Below, piece by piece: positions 36,850 to 45,191 of a stretch of DNA of 64,000 bases. The number at the start of each line of letters is the position of its first letter. Position 1 is the first letter of the stretch. Made by a program: the position numbers and the translations under genes. Under the pieces are notes generated by a model. It worked only from the letters and a program-made list of their open reading frames with translations. It did no database searches and was not told the DNA's origin. Source of the DNA: Betaproteobacteria bacterium (lineage in GTDB: Bacteria > Pseudomonadota > Gammaproteobacteria > Burkholderiales > SG8-39); contig JBQTJX010000004.1 of the NCBI GenBank assembly GCA_052386675.1, forward strand, positions 71,330-135,329. The letters are read 5' to 3'.

Positions 36850-38087
36850 CCCTGTTCGTCGCCCTTGCCGCGCTGCTCGCGGCCGTGGCGCTCGCCTTCG
36901 TCCTGCCGCCGCTCCTTCGCGGTGCAAAGCCCGCCGCCGGGGCGGTCCGGGAAGAAGTCAATTCCCTGATCTACCGCGAGCAGCTGGCGGAACTGCGCGC
37001 CGAGCGCGAGCGCGGCGCGCTGGACGAGGACCAGTTCCAGCGCGCGGTGCGCGAGCTGGAACGGCGCATCGTCGCCGAATCCGGCGCGACCGGCGCGGAG
37101 TCGCCCCGCAGCCCGCACGCGCTGGCGGCCGTCGTCGTCGCGCTCGCAGTCCCGGTCGTCGCCGGCCTGGGCTACTGGCGGCTGGGCGCGCCGGAGGCCC
37201 TGGTTCGCGGCGACGCCACGCATGCCGCCGGCTCCATGGCGCAACCCGGCGACGGCGAACTCAATGCCATGGTGGAGAAGCTCTGGGACCGCCTGCAGAA
37301 GTCCCCCGATGACCCGGACGGCTGGGCGCTGCTGGGGCGCTCGGCTTCGGCGCTGGGCAGGCACGACCGGGCTGTGCAGGCGTTCGCGCGCGCGGCGCAG
37401 CTGCTGCCCGACGATGCCAACGTGCTCGCGGACTACGCCGACGCGTTGGCGGTGACGCGCGGGCGCAGGCTGGAGGGCGAGCCGATGGTGCTCGCAAGGC
37501 GCGCACTCGCCGCCGACCCGCAGCACCTCAAGGCGCTCGCGCTGGTGGGCGCCGGCGAGTTCCAGGCTGGCAACCACGCCGCGGCGGCCGGCTACTGGAG
37601 GAAGGCGCTGGCCACGGTGCCCCCCGAATCCGAGTTCGCCCGCCAGCTCCAGGGGAGCCTGGAGGAAGCCGAAAAGCTCGCCGCAGCCGGGGGGACTCCG
37701 GCGCCGGCGGCAAAGGCGCCCGCGAAGAAACCCATGGAGACGCTCGCGGCGGTGAACGGGACGGTGAGCCTGGACCCGAAGCTCGCCGCCGCCGCCTCGC
37801 CAGGGGACATCGTGTTCGTGATTGCGCGCCCTGCCGACGGCGGGCGCATGCCGCTCGCCGTGGCGCGCACCACCGTGGCCGCGCTGCCCTACCGTTTCAC
37901 GCTGGACGACAGCATGGCGATGGCGCCCGGCATGACGCTGTCGTCGCACGCGAAAGTGGTGGTCGCCGCGCGAATCTCGAAGTCGGGCAATCCGATCGCG
38001 CAGAAGGGCGACCTGGAAGGCGCAAGCGCGCCGGTGGCCTCCACCGCGTCGGGCCTCAGCATCGTGATCTCCAGGGTCGTCGAGTGA
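36846..38087 (+). CDS. ccmI: Cytochrome c biogenesis TPR protein CcmI
   Basis: GTGA overlap with ccmH. N-terminal TM, then TPR-like repeats (…GWALLGRSASALGRHDRAVQAFARA…). Confidence 0.8.
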   Translation: MTLFVALAALLAAVALAFVLPPLLRGAKPAAGAVREEVNSLIYREQLAELRAERERGALDEDQFQRAVRELERRIVAESGATGAESPRSPHALAAVVVALAVPVVAGLGYWRLGAPEALVRGDATHAAGSMAQPGDGELNAMVEKLWDRLQKSPDDPDGWALLGRSASALGRHDRAVQAFARAAQLLPDDANVLADYADALAVTRGRRLEGEPMVLARRALAADPQHLKALALVGAGEFQAGNHAAAAGYWRKALATVPPESEFARQLQGSLEEAEKLAAAGGTPAPAAKAPAKKPMETLAAVNGTVSLDPKLAAAASPGDIVFVIARPADGGRMPLAVARTTVAALPYRFTLDDSMAMAPGMTLSSHAKVVVAARISKSGNPIAQKGDLEGASAPVASTASGLSIVISRVVE

Positions 38088-38650
38088 GCTCCGGCGTCAC
38101 GGGCATCGTGCTCGCGGGAGGCCAGGGCAGGCGCATGGGCGGTGTGGACAAGGGCCTGCAGCTCCTGCATGGGCGAGCCATGGTCGCGCACGTCATCGCG
38201 CGCCTCGCGCCGCAGGTGGACGGCATCGTGGTGAACGCCAACCAGAACCTGGAGGCCTACCGCGCCTTCGGCCACCCCGTGGTGCCGGACGCCGTCGGCG
38301 GATTCGCCGGGCCGCTGGCCGGGCTGCACGCGGGCCTGGGCGCCGCGACGCGCCCGCTCGCCGTCACGGTCCCCTGCGATTCACCATTCCTGCCCGCCGA
38401 CCTGGTCGACCGCCTGGTGGAAGCGCTCGGGGAGAACGACCTCGCGGTGGCCAGGACCGGCGAGCAGCCGCACCCGGTGTTCTCGCTGGTGCGGGTCGCG
38501 GTGCGCGGCCACCTGGAGGCCTTCCTCGCCTCCGGCGGGCGCAAGATCGACGCCTGGTACGCGACGCTGAAGGTGGCCGAGGTGCCGTTCGACGACGAAG
38601 CCGACGCCTTCCGCAACATCAATACCGTGGAAGAACTGAAGCAGGCATGA
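38084..38650 (+). CDS. mobA: Molybdenum cofactor guanylyltransferase MobA
   Basis: GIVLAGGQGRRMGGVDKGL...GPLAGLHAGL signature. GTG start overlaps the ccmI stop. Confidence 0.9.
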   Translation: MSSGVTGIVLAGGQGRRMGGVDKGLQLLHGRAMVAHVIARLAPQVDGIVVNANQNLEAYRAFGHPVVPDAVGGFAGPLAGLHAGLGAATRPLAVTVPCDSPFLPADLVDRLVEALGENDLAVARTGEQPHPVFSLVRVAVRGHLEAFLASGGRKIDAWYATLKVAEVPFDDEADAFRNINTVEELKQA

Positions 38651-39921
38651 CCAGCCTGACGAAGACAGTGAGCTGCCTGGACGGCTACGACCCGGACGCG
38701 CTGCCGGTGGACACCGCGCGAGCGGCGATCCGTGCCTGCCTGGAACCGTTGCGCGAATCCGAGCGCGTCGGTACCCGCGAGGCGCTGGGCCGCGTGCTGG
38801 CCGAGGACATCGTCTCCGCCATCGACGTCCCGGCGCACGACAACTCGGCCATGGACGGCTGGGCGCTGCGCGGCGCGGACCTGCAGCCGGACCGCGACGT
38901 GACGTTGAAGGAAATCGGCGCCGCCTTCGCCGGGCGCCCGTTCCAGGGCGAGATCGGCGCGGGCGAGTGCGTGCGCATCATGACCGGTGCGGTGATGCCG
39001 GGTGGCACGGATACCGTCGTGGTCCAGGAAGTCGTGCGGCGCGACGGCGAGCAGGTCGTGGTGCCGCCTGGACAGAAGAAGGGGCAGAACGTCCGCGCCG
39101 CCGGCGAGGACATCAGGGCCGGCGCCGCCGCGCTCAAGGCGGGCCGCTGCGTGCGCGCCGCCGACCTCGGCCTGATCGCCTCGCTCGGCATCGCGGATGT
39201 CAGCGTGAAGCGCCGCCTGCGCGTGGCCTACTTCTCCACCGGGGACGAGCTCACCTCCATCGGCAAGCCCCTGCCCGAGGGCGGCATCTACGATTCCAAC
39301 CGCTACACCCTGCACGGCATGCTGGCGAAGCTGGGCATGGATGTGACCGACATGGGCGTGGTGCGCGACGACCCAGCCAAACTAGAAGCCGCCTTCCGTA
39401 CCGCCGCGGCCAATGCCGACGCCGTCATCACCACCGGCGGCGTGTCGGTCGGCGAGGCGGATTTCGTGAAGCAGCTCATGGGCAAGCTGGGCGAGGTGCT
39501 GTTCTGGAAGGTTGCCATGCGCCCGGGGCGGCCGATGGCCTTCGGCCGCATCTCGGCCGGCCGGCGCGCGCCGTTCCTGTTCGGCCTGCCGGGCAACCCG
39601 GTGGCGGTGATGGTTACCTTCCACCAGTTCGTGCGCGAAGCGCTGCTGGTGCTCGCCGGCCGCACCGACGACTGCAGCCTGCCGCTGGTCCAGGTGCAGG
39701 CGGCGCAGGCCATCCGCAAGGTGCCCGGCCGCACCGAATACCAGCGTGGCGTGGTGTTCCGCGACGGCGGCTTCTGGAAGGCGCGCAGCACCGGCCAGCA
39801 GGGCTCCGGCGTGCTGCGCTCCATGTCCGAGGCCAACTGCTACATCGTGCTCGAGCACGAGCGCGGCGCCGTGCAGCCGGGCGAGCCGGTGCAGGTGCAG
39901 CTGTTCGAGGGGCTGGACTAG
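38647..39921 (+). CDS. moeA: Molybdopterin molybdotransferase MoeA
   Basis: ...AHDNSAMDGWAL..., IMTGAVMPGGTDTVV and GGVSVGEADFVK motifs. 424 aa. Confidence 0.9.
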   Translation: MTSLTKTVSCLDGYDPDALPVDTARAAIRACLEPLRESERVGTREALGRVLAEDIVSAIDVPAHDNSAMDGWALRGADLQPDRDVTLKEIGAAFAGRPFQGEIGAGECVRIMTGAVMPGGTDTVVVQEVVRRDGEQVVVPPGQKKGQNVRAAGEDIRAGAAALKAGRCVRAADLGLIASLGIADVSVKRRLRVAYFSTGDELTSIGKPLPEGGIYDSNRYTLHGMLAKLGMDVTDMGVVRDDPAKLEAAFRTAAANADAVITTGGVSVGEADFVKQLMGKLGEVLFWKVAMRPGRPMAFGRISAGRRAPFLFGLPGNPVAVMVTFHQFVREALLVLAGRTDDCSLPLVQVQAAQAIRKVPGRTEYQRGVVFRDGGFWKARSTGQQGSGVLRSMSEANCYIVLEHERGAVQPGEPVQVQLFEGLD

Positions 39922-39925
39922 GCGC

Positions 39926-40921
39926 GTGACCCTACAAGACCGCCGCTCGGTGGCGGCGTGGCTGTTCCTCTGCGCGGCCCTCGTCTTCATCATGATCGTG
40001 GTGGGCGGCATCACGCGCCTGACCGAATCCGGACTGTCGATCGTCGAGTGGCAACCGCTGGTGGGCGCGCTGCCGCCGCTGTCGCAGGCGGACTGGCAGG
40101 TCCTGTTCGACAAATACCGCGCCACGCCGCAGTTCATGAAGGTCTTCCCGGACATGGACGTGGAGGGCTTCAAGGCGATTTTCTGGTGGGAGTACGTCCA
40201 CCGCCTGCTGGGGCGCGTGATCGGCCTGGTGTTCCTGCTGCCCTTTCTCTGGTTCCTGCTGCGCAGGAAACTGGACACGCCGCTGGCCTGGAAGCTGGCG
40301 GGCCTGTTCGTGCTGGGCGGCCTGCAAGGCGCGATGGGCTGGTACATGGTGAAGAGCGGGCTGGTGGACGACCCGCGCGTGAGCCATTTCCGGCTGACGG
40401 CGCACCTTGGCCTCGCGCTCGCCATCCTCGCCGCCGAGCTGTGGATCGCGATCGGCCTGCTGCGGCCGGACGGCGGCAAGCCGCGCGCCTTCGCCCTCCT
40501 CGTCCTTGGCCTTGTGTTCCTGATGGCGCTCTCGGGGGGCTTCGTCGCCGGCCTGCGCGCCGGGCACGCCTACAACACCTTTCCGCTCATGAACGGTTAC
40601 TTCGTCCCGCCCGAGACCTTCATGCTGGAGCCGTGGTGGCGAAATTTCCTCTGGAATCCGGCGGCGATCCAGCTCACGCACCGGGGCTTCTTCTGGGTCC
40701 TGCTGCTGCTCGTGCCGATCCTGTGGTGGCGCCTGGTCCGCACACCCGCCAGGCTCGCGGTGAATCACCTGCTGGGGATGTACTTCGTGCAGGCCGGGCT
40801 GGGCATCGCGACCGTGACGATGAAAGTGCCGGTGCCGCTGGCCGCCGCACACCAGGCGGGGGCGGTGCTGCTGCTGGCCTGCGCGCTGTGGACGGCGCAG
40901 GCGTCGCGACGCCGCAGCTAG
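39926..40921 (+). CDS. ctaA: Haem A synthase (COX15/CtaA family)
   Basis: GTG start. GGITRLTESGLSIVEWQPLVGALPPLSQADW...FWWEYVHRLLGR is a typical COX15 N-terminus. Eight TM segments. Confidence 0.85.
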   Translation: MTLQDRRSVAAWLFLCAALVFIMIVVGGITRLTESGLSIVEWQPLVGALPPLSQADWQVLFDKYRATPQFMKVFPDMDVEGFKAIFWWEYVHRLLGRVIGLVFLLPFLWFLLRRKLDTPLAWKLAGLFVLGGLQGAMGWYMVKSGLVDDPRVSHFRLTAHLGLALAILAAELWIAIGLLRPDGGKPRAFALLVLGLVFLMALSGGFVAGLRAGHAYNTFPLMNGYFVPPETFMLEPWWRNFLWNPAAIQLTHRGFFWVLLLLVPILWWRLVRTPARLAVNHLLGMYFVQAGLGIATVTMKVPVPLAAAHQAGAVLLLACALWTAQASRRRS

Positions 40922-41550
40922 GGCTGGTACGCCGGCTGGTAAACGATCGCCCTGACCGGCGTCGGATTGAAGTCGTTCACCGGATTGTTCACCTGCGGGC
41001 AGTTGGACACCACCGCGAGCACGTCCATTTCCGCGCGCAGGTCCACGTAGTCGCCCGGCTTCGAGATGCTCGGCCCCATGTCCATGGACCCGTCCTTGCC
41101 CACCGGCACGTACATGAAGAAGTTCAGGTTCGCCACCATGTCGCGCGGCCCCATGCCGTAGCGCTTCAACTGGTCGAGGAAGTTCTGCCGGCAGCTGGGA
41201 TCGTCGGGCTTGTTATAGCGCCGCCGGTTGAGCGCAGAGGAACAGCAGCCGCCGATGGTGTCGTGGAAGCCCAGCGTGTCCTCCACCACGGTGAGGAGCG
41301 GGTTGCAGTTCACCGAATACAGTACCGTGCCCTTGCCGATGAAGATGTTGCCGTTGATCTTCATGGTGTCGGCGGCCGCATAGCGGTCCTCGTGGTCGCG
41401 CGCGTTGTAGCAGAGGAAGTCCACCGCCTGCCTGCCCTCCAGGTCCACCAGGCGCAGCACCTCGCCCTGCTTCAATTCCCGGCTCCAGCCGGCGCGCGCG
41501 GGGATGACTTCGTCGGAAATCGCTCTCCCGGGGAAAGTCTTCCAAGTCAT
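40918..41550 (-). CDS. DUF1989 (urea-carboxylase-associated) family protein
   Basis: 210 aa. ...VLRLVDLEGRQAVDFLCYNA...GFHDTIGGCC... pattern recalled as DUF1989. Its stop overlaps the ctaA stop convergently. Confidence 0.75.
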   Translation of the reverse strand: MTWKTFPGRAISDEVIPARAGWSRELKQGEVLRLVDLEGRQAVDFLCYNARDHEDRYAAADTMKINGNIFIGKGTVLYSVNCNPLLTVVEDTLGFHDTIGGCCSSALNRRRYNKPDDPSCRQNFLDQLKRYGMGPRDMVANLNFFMYVPVGKDGSMDMGPSISKPGDYVDLRAEMDVLAVVSNCPQVNNPVNDFNPTPVRAIVYQPAYQP

Positions 41551-42065
41551 TTGCAGGTTCCCTCCATTCGCAGCCGATGCTGAATCGGGGTGCGCCTTGC
41601 GGTGCCATCCTGGAACCTGTACTCCTCGGCCAGAAGCACATCGCAGCGCTTGTCCCCGCCCTTGTACTCGTAGCGGACCACGTAGCGCTGCCCCGGCGAC
41701 GGAACAAATTCGATCGAGCCGCTACAGACGATCAGGCCGGAAATCCGTCCGATCAGTTCCCGCTTGCTGGATTGGGGAAACTCGACCCTCGTCCAGAGCG
41801 CGAACGGCCTGCCGCTGGGAACGGCCACGGTGACGGGGCCGCCGGCACGAATGCCTTCGTGGATCTGGCGCGGATCGGTGCAGTTCGCAGCGTCGGCGTA
41901 GGTCCTTGCGGAGAGTGGCGCAGAGTTGGCGTTCTCAATGACCAGCGTCGCGGTCGCGGCGCCCCTGGGCGGAATATAGGGAACAGATTCGCAGGCGGAC
42001 AGGAGGCCGGCCACGGCAACGATGAGCGCGGTGCGCCGGCCCTGGGGCGAACCAGCGCCTGTCAT
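41547..42065 (-). CDS. Lipoprotein, unknown function
   Basis: ATG 42065 overlaps the upstream stop. Lipobox LLSAC. 172 aa. Confidence 0.5.
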   Translation of the reverse strand: MTGAGSPQGRRTALIVAVAGLLSACESVPYIPPRGAATATLVIENANSAPLSARTYADAANCTDPRQIHEGIRAGGPVTVAVPSGRPFALWTRVEFPQSSKRELIGRISGLIVCSGSIEFVPSPGQRYVVRYEYKGGDKRCDVLLAEEYRFQDGTARRTPIQHRLRMEGTCK

Positions 42066-42805
42066 CCGCCCTTGCCCACCATCGGATCGCCAACCAGTTC
42101 CCTCAGCCGTTCCGCCCCCATCACCTGCACGCCGTCGTCCATCGTGGCGAGCGCATCCACGGCCACCTGCGCCGCGCGCCTGACGCGCACCGGTTGCAGC
42201 GTCTTCGGCGTCATGTAGCTTCCCAGCGTGCCAGTGACCACGCCTCCCACGCGGGCGAAGAATCCGGGCGCGGCGCGCCGCCCGCCTTCCTGCGACGGGC
42301 GCAGCACCAGCATGCGCGCGAAACCGGCCCCCAGGATCGCCAGCTCGTCGGTGTCGCGGATCGCGGGGGCCATGCCCATCTGCAGGATCGCCTCCAGCGG
42401 CGTGATCACCGCGATGCGGCTCGCGCCCGCGGCGCGCAGGCGGCGCGCGATCGCGACGGCCTGCGCGCTCGTGATCGCGACGAAGGGCTTGGCGATCTTC
42501 CAGAACGACTTCGCCTCCGGCTCGATGCACAGGTAGGCATCCTCCGGTCCACGCCTCATGCCGGCGCAGGGGTTCCAGGTCGACAGATCCCCAGGCACCA
42601 CGAGCGGATGCAGCCTGGGCACATGGCTGCTCATGGCCTTGCGCACGCCGACGTAGACCGCGGCGTACTCCGGGCGCTCCAGCAGGACGTTGAGCAGTTC
42701 CTCGCCCAGCTTGCCGGTGTTGCCGATGATGAAGGCAGTGCGGGTGGCTTCCGCAGCTGCTGGGACGTGCCGGGCACCCGCGAGTACCTGCGCGATATCC
42801 GTCAC
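42062..42805 (-). CDS. NAD(P)-binding Rossmann-fold protein, unknown specificity
   Basis: FIIGNTGKLGEELL glycine-rich dinucleotide motif near the N-terminus. 247 aa. Confidence 0.5.
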   Translation of the reverse strand: MTDIAQVLAGARHVPAAAEATRTAFIIGNTGKLGEELLNVLLERPEYAAVYVGVRKAMSSHVPRLHPLVVPGDLSTWNPCAGMRRGPEDAYLCIEPEAKSFWKIAKPFVAITSAQAVAIARRLRAAGASRIAVITPLEAILQMGMAPAIRDTDELAILGAGFARMLVLRPSQEGGRRAAPGFFARVGGVVTGTLGSYMTPKTLQPVRVRRAAQVAVDALATMDDGVQVMGAERLRELVGDPMVGKGG

Positions 42806-42812
42806 GAGCCGG

Positions 42813-44174
42813 CTATCCGCCCGGAATCAAATCGTCGCCAGGGGACTCCAAAAGCTTCGATGCCACCGGCTCTGGGAGCGCCTCCACGCCCTTCAACTTG
42901 CGCGCCATCTGGCGCGTGCGCGTCTCGGCACTATCTATGGAATTGGTGACAGCTTCCAGTTGGCGCTTAGTATTTGCAAGCACCTTGCCGAAGTTCTCAA
43001 ACTCGGTCTTGACGGCACCCAGGACAGCCCAGACTTCACTAGAGCGCTTTTCAATAGCAAGCGTCCGAAATCCCATCTGCAGGCTATTCAGGAAAGCAAT
43101 GAGGTTGACGGGCCCACAGACCGTTACGCGAAAGTCCTTCTGTAGTACTTGGAACAGACCGGGACGGCGCAGGATTTCCGCATACAGCCCTTCGGTGGGA
43201 ACGAAGAGGATTGCGAAGTCAGTTGTCGCAGGCGGCTCGACATACTTGTCTCGGATGGACTTGGCTTCCAGCTTCACCCTCGCCTCTAACGCCTTCGCGG
43301 CTGCCTGCGCGCCGGCAACGTCACCTGCTTCCTGTGCTTGAAGTAACGTCTGGTAGTCGGCAATCGGGAACTTGGAATCTATCGGCAGCCAAATATGTCC
43401 TTCGACATCACGGCCCGGGAGCCGGATGGCGAACTCCACCGGATCTCGCGACCGGGGACGTGTCACAACATTGCGAGCGTACTGTTCCGGCGCAAGCGCC
43501 TGCTCAAGCAGCGCCGCAAGTTGCATTTCGCCTGCCAAGCCAAGCGTCTTGACATTCGACAGCACTTGCTTCAGCCCACCGACGTCAGCGGCAAGCGACT
43601 GCATCTCGCCTAGCCCTTTGTGAACTTGCTCAAGGCGATCCGCTACTTGCTTAAAGGACTCGCCTAGGCGTTTCTCCAAGGTCTCGTGGAGCTTCTCGTC
43701 AACCGTCGCACGCATCTTCTCCAACTTCTCGGCATTGTCTTTCTGCAGAGTATCTAAGCGCGTCTCCACCGTCTGGCGGATTTCGGCAAAGCGCTCGCCC
43801 AGCGTGTCACCGAAACGCTTGAGAGTCGCCCCGCTCTCATCGCGGCCAAGACGCGCATCCTCTTTTGCTTCTCGCAGTTTGGTGTCCACAGTTTCGCGCA
43901 AGTCCTGCAAACGGCGCTCGTTGGCAGCCACCAATTCCGCAAGTTGGCGAGAAAAACCATCAATCTGGTTGTTTTGTACCGTGGCGATCGAGGTCATTTG
44001 CGCGAGCACCGCCTGACTAGTGCGCTCCGCGCCCGCAGCGAGTTCCTCGCGCAAATCGCGTGCTGACGCCCTGACTTCGTCCGCCTGCCCTTTTCGGCCG
44101 GTCAGACCAACAATTGCGAGGACAACGCCAACAACGGACAGCGCGACGATGAGATAGAGCAAGGCTTCGTTCAC
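42813..44174 (-). CDS. rmuC: DNA recombination protein RmuC
   Basis: N-terminal TM, long coiled-coil, and C-terminal ...VEFAIRLPG...IWLPIDSKFP...DFAILFVPTEGLY... RmuC nuclease-like domain. GC is visibly lower than in the flanks. Confidence 0.9.
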   Translation of the reverse strand: MNEALLYLIVALSVVGVVLAIVGLTGRKGQADEVRASARDLREELAAGAERTSQAVLAQMTSIATVQNNQIDGFSRQLAELVAANERRLQDLRETVDTKLREAKEDARLGRDESGATLKRFGDTLGERFAEIRQTVETRLDTLQKDNAEKLEKMRATVDEKLHETLEKRLGESFKQVADRLEQVHKGLGEMQSLAADVGGLKQVLSNVKTLGLAGEMQLAALLEQALAPEQYARNVVTRPRSRDPVEFAIRLPGRDVEGHIWLPIDSKFPIADYQTLLQAQEAGDVAGAQAAAKALEARVKLEAKSIRDKYVEPPATTDFAILFVPTEGLYAEILRRPGLFQVLQKDFRVTVCGPVNLIAFLNSLQMGFRTLAIEKRSSEVWAVLGAVKTEFENFGKVLANTKRQLEAVTNSIDSAETRTRQMARKLKGVEALPEPVASKLLESPGDDLIPGG

Positions 44175-44225
44175 GATAAGATTCTAACGACCCAACCGCA
44201 CTTCATGTCCTTTTCAGGGTTTTGC

Positions 44226-45191
44226 TCAAGGCGTGACGTGCAGCCAGACGGGCTGTTCCTTCGATCCCGCGGTGCCCAGGATGGTTCGCGAGCGGAACTT
44301 TCCTGCTGCATCCTTCACTGGATCGCCCTCGATCTCGAAGAAGGCCGGGAACGGCACGCCTGCGAAAACGCCGACCTCCGCGAGGTCCACCGCCATCTCG
44401 TACTGCCGGTAACCGTCCACCCGGCTCGCGCCACGGCTGCCCGCGAAAATGTTCCAGTCGGTCTTCTGCGTGAGGCGCGTCCCCGGCGGAGGCGCTTCCT
44501 GGATCGCCTCCCGCTCCGGCGGCAGCCACACGTCGCGCAGGTTTCCGAACCAGCCCTTGCCGGCGAGGAACACGCGCTCGTTGCGGAGGTAGGGCGACAG
44601 GTCGATGTGGAACCAGAAGCGGAACTGGTCGAAGCCCTCGTCGGTCCGGTCGGGCGTGGCGTGCGCGGCAAGGTAGAGCTGCCCGCCGTGTGCGAGGAGC
44701 AGGACCGAGGTGCCGCCGGTCGCCGGCTCGAGGGCCACGCGCAGCGCGCCCTTCCATTCCTCGGCATAGATCCGCCCGTCCAGCGACGGCGCGAGCTTCG
44801 CGCGCGGGATGGTGAGCACGCGCACGCCCTCCGGCGCCTTGCGCGCGCGCGCGATTTCCGCGCGCGCCTTGCGGATCCACTGCTCCTCAGGCATCGCGGA
44901 GCTGTCCGGTATCCGGCCGCGGGAGCCGAGCGCCGCCGCATAGGCCGGGTCGTTGAACTTGTAGGCAATCATCTGCGCCAGCCAGACATGCGGCGTGTCG
45001 CGCAGGAAGCGCGGTGGCTCGCGCTTCTGGACCGGCGTCGGCGCCGGCGGGGCCGCGGCGGGCTTCGGATGTAACCGATCGGTTACATCAGGGGGCCCCA
45101 CGGGTCCATGCCAGGGCTGTTGCGCCCCCGCCCAGCCGGCGGCGAGGGAAAGGACCGGGACGAGGAACAGCGCAAGGGCGCTAGAGCGCAT
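44226..45191 (-). CDS. Secreted protein, unknown function (contains in-frame palindrome copy)
   Basis: Signal peptide MRSSALALFLVPVLSLAAGWAGAQQ. The start overlaps the ybbP-like stop by 11 nt. Codons DVTDRLH are encoded by the 22-bp palindrome. Confidence 0.6.
   Translation of the reverse strand: MRSSALALFLVPVLSLAAGWAGAQQPWHGPVGPPDVTDRLHPKPAAAPPAPTPVQKREPPRFLRDTPHVWLAQMIAYKFNDPAYAAALGSRGRIPDSSAMPEEQWIRKARAEIARARKAPEGVRVLTIPRAKLAPSLDGRIYAEEWKGALRVALEPATGGTSVLLLAHGGQLYLAAHATPDRTDEGFDQFRFWFHIDLSPYLRNERVFLAGKGWFGNLRDVWLPPEREAIQEAPPPGTRLTQKTDWNIFAGSRGASRVDGYRQYEMAVDLAEVGVFAGVPFPAFFEIEGDPVKDAAGKFRSRTILGTAGSKEQPVWLHVTP
45068..45089. repeat. 22-bp perfect palindrome GATGTAACCGATCGGTTACATC (family copy 2)
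   Basis: It is its own reverse complement. Its 18-bp core TGTAACCGATCGGTTACA is identical to the copy at 50678-50703. Confidence 0.9.
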
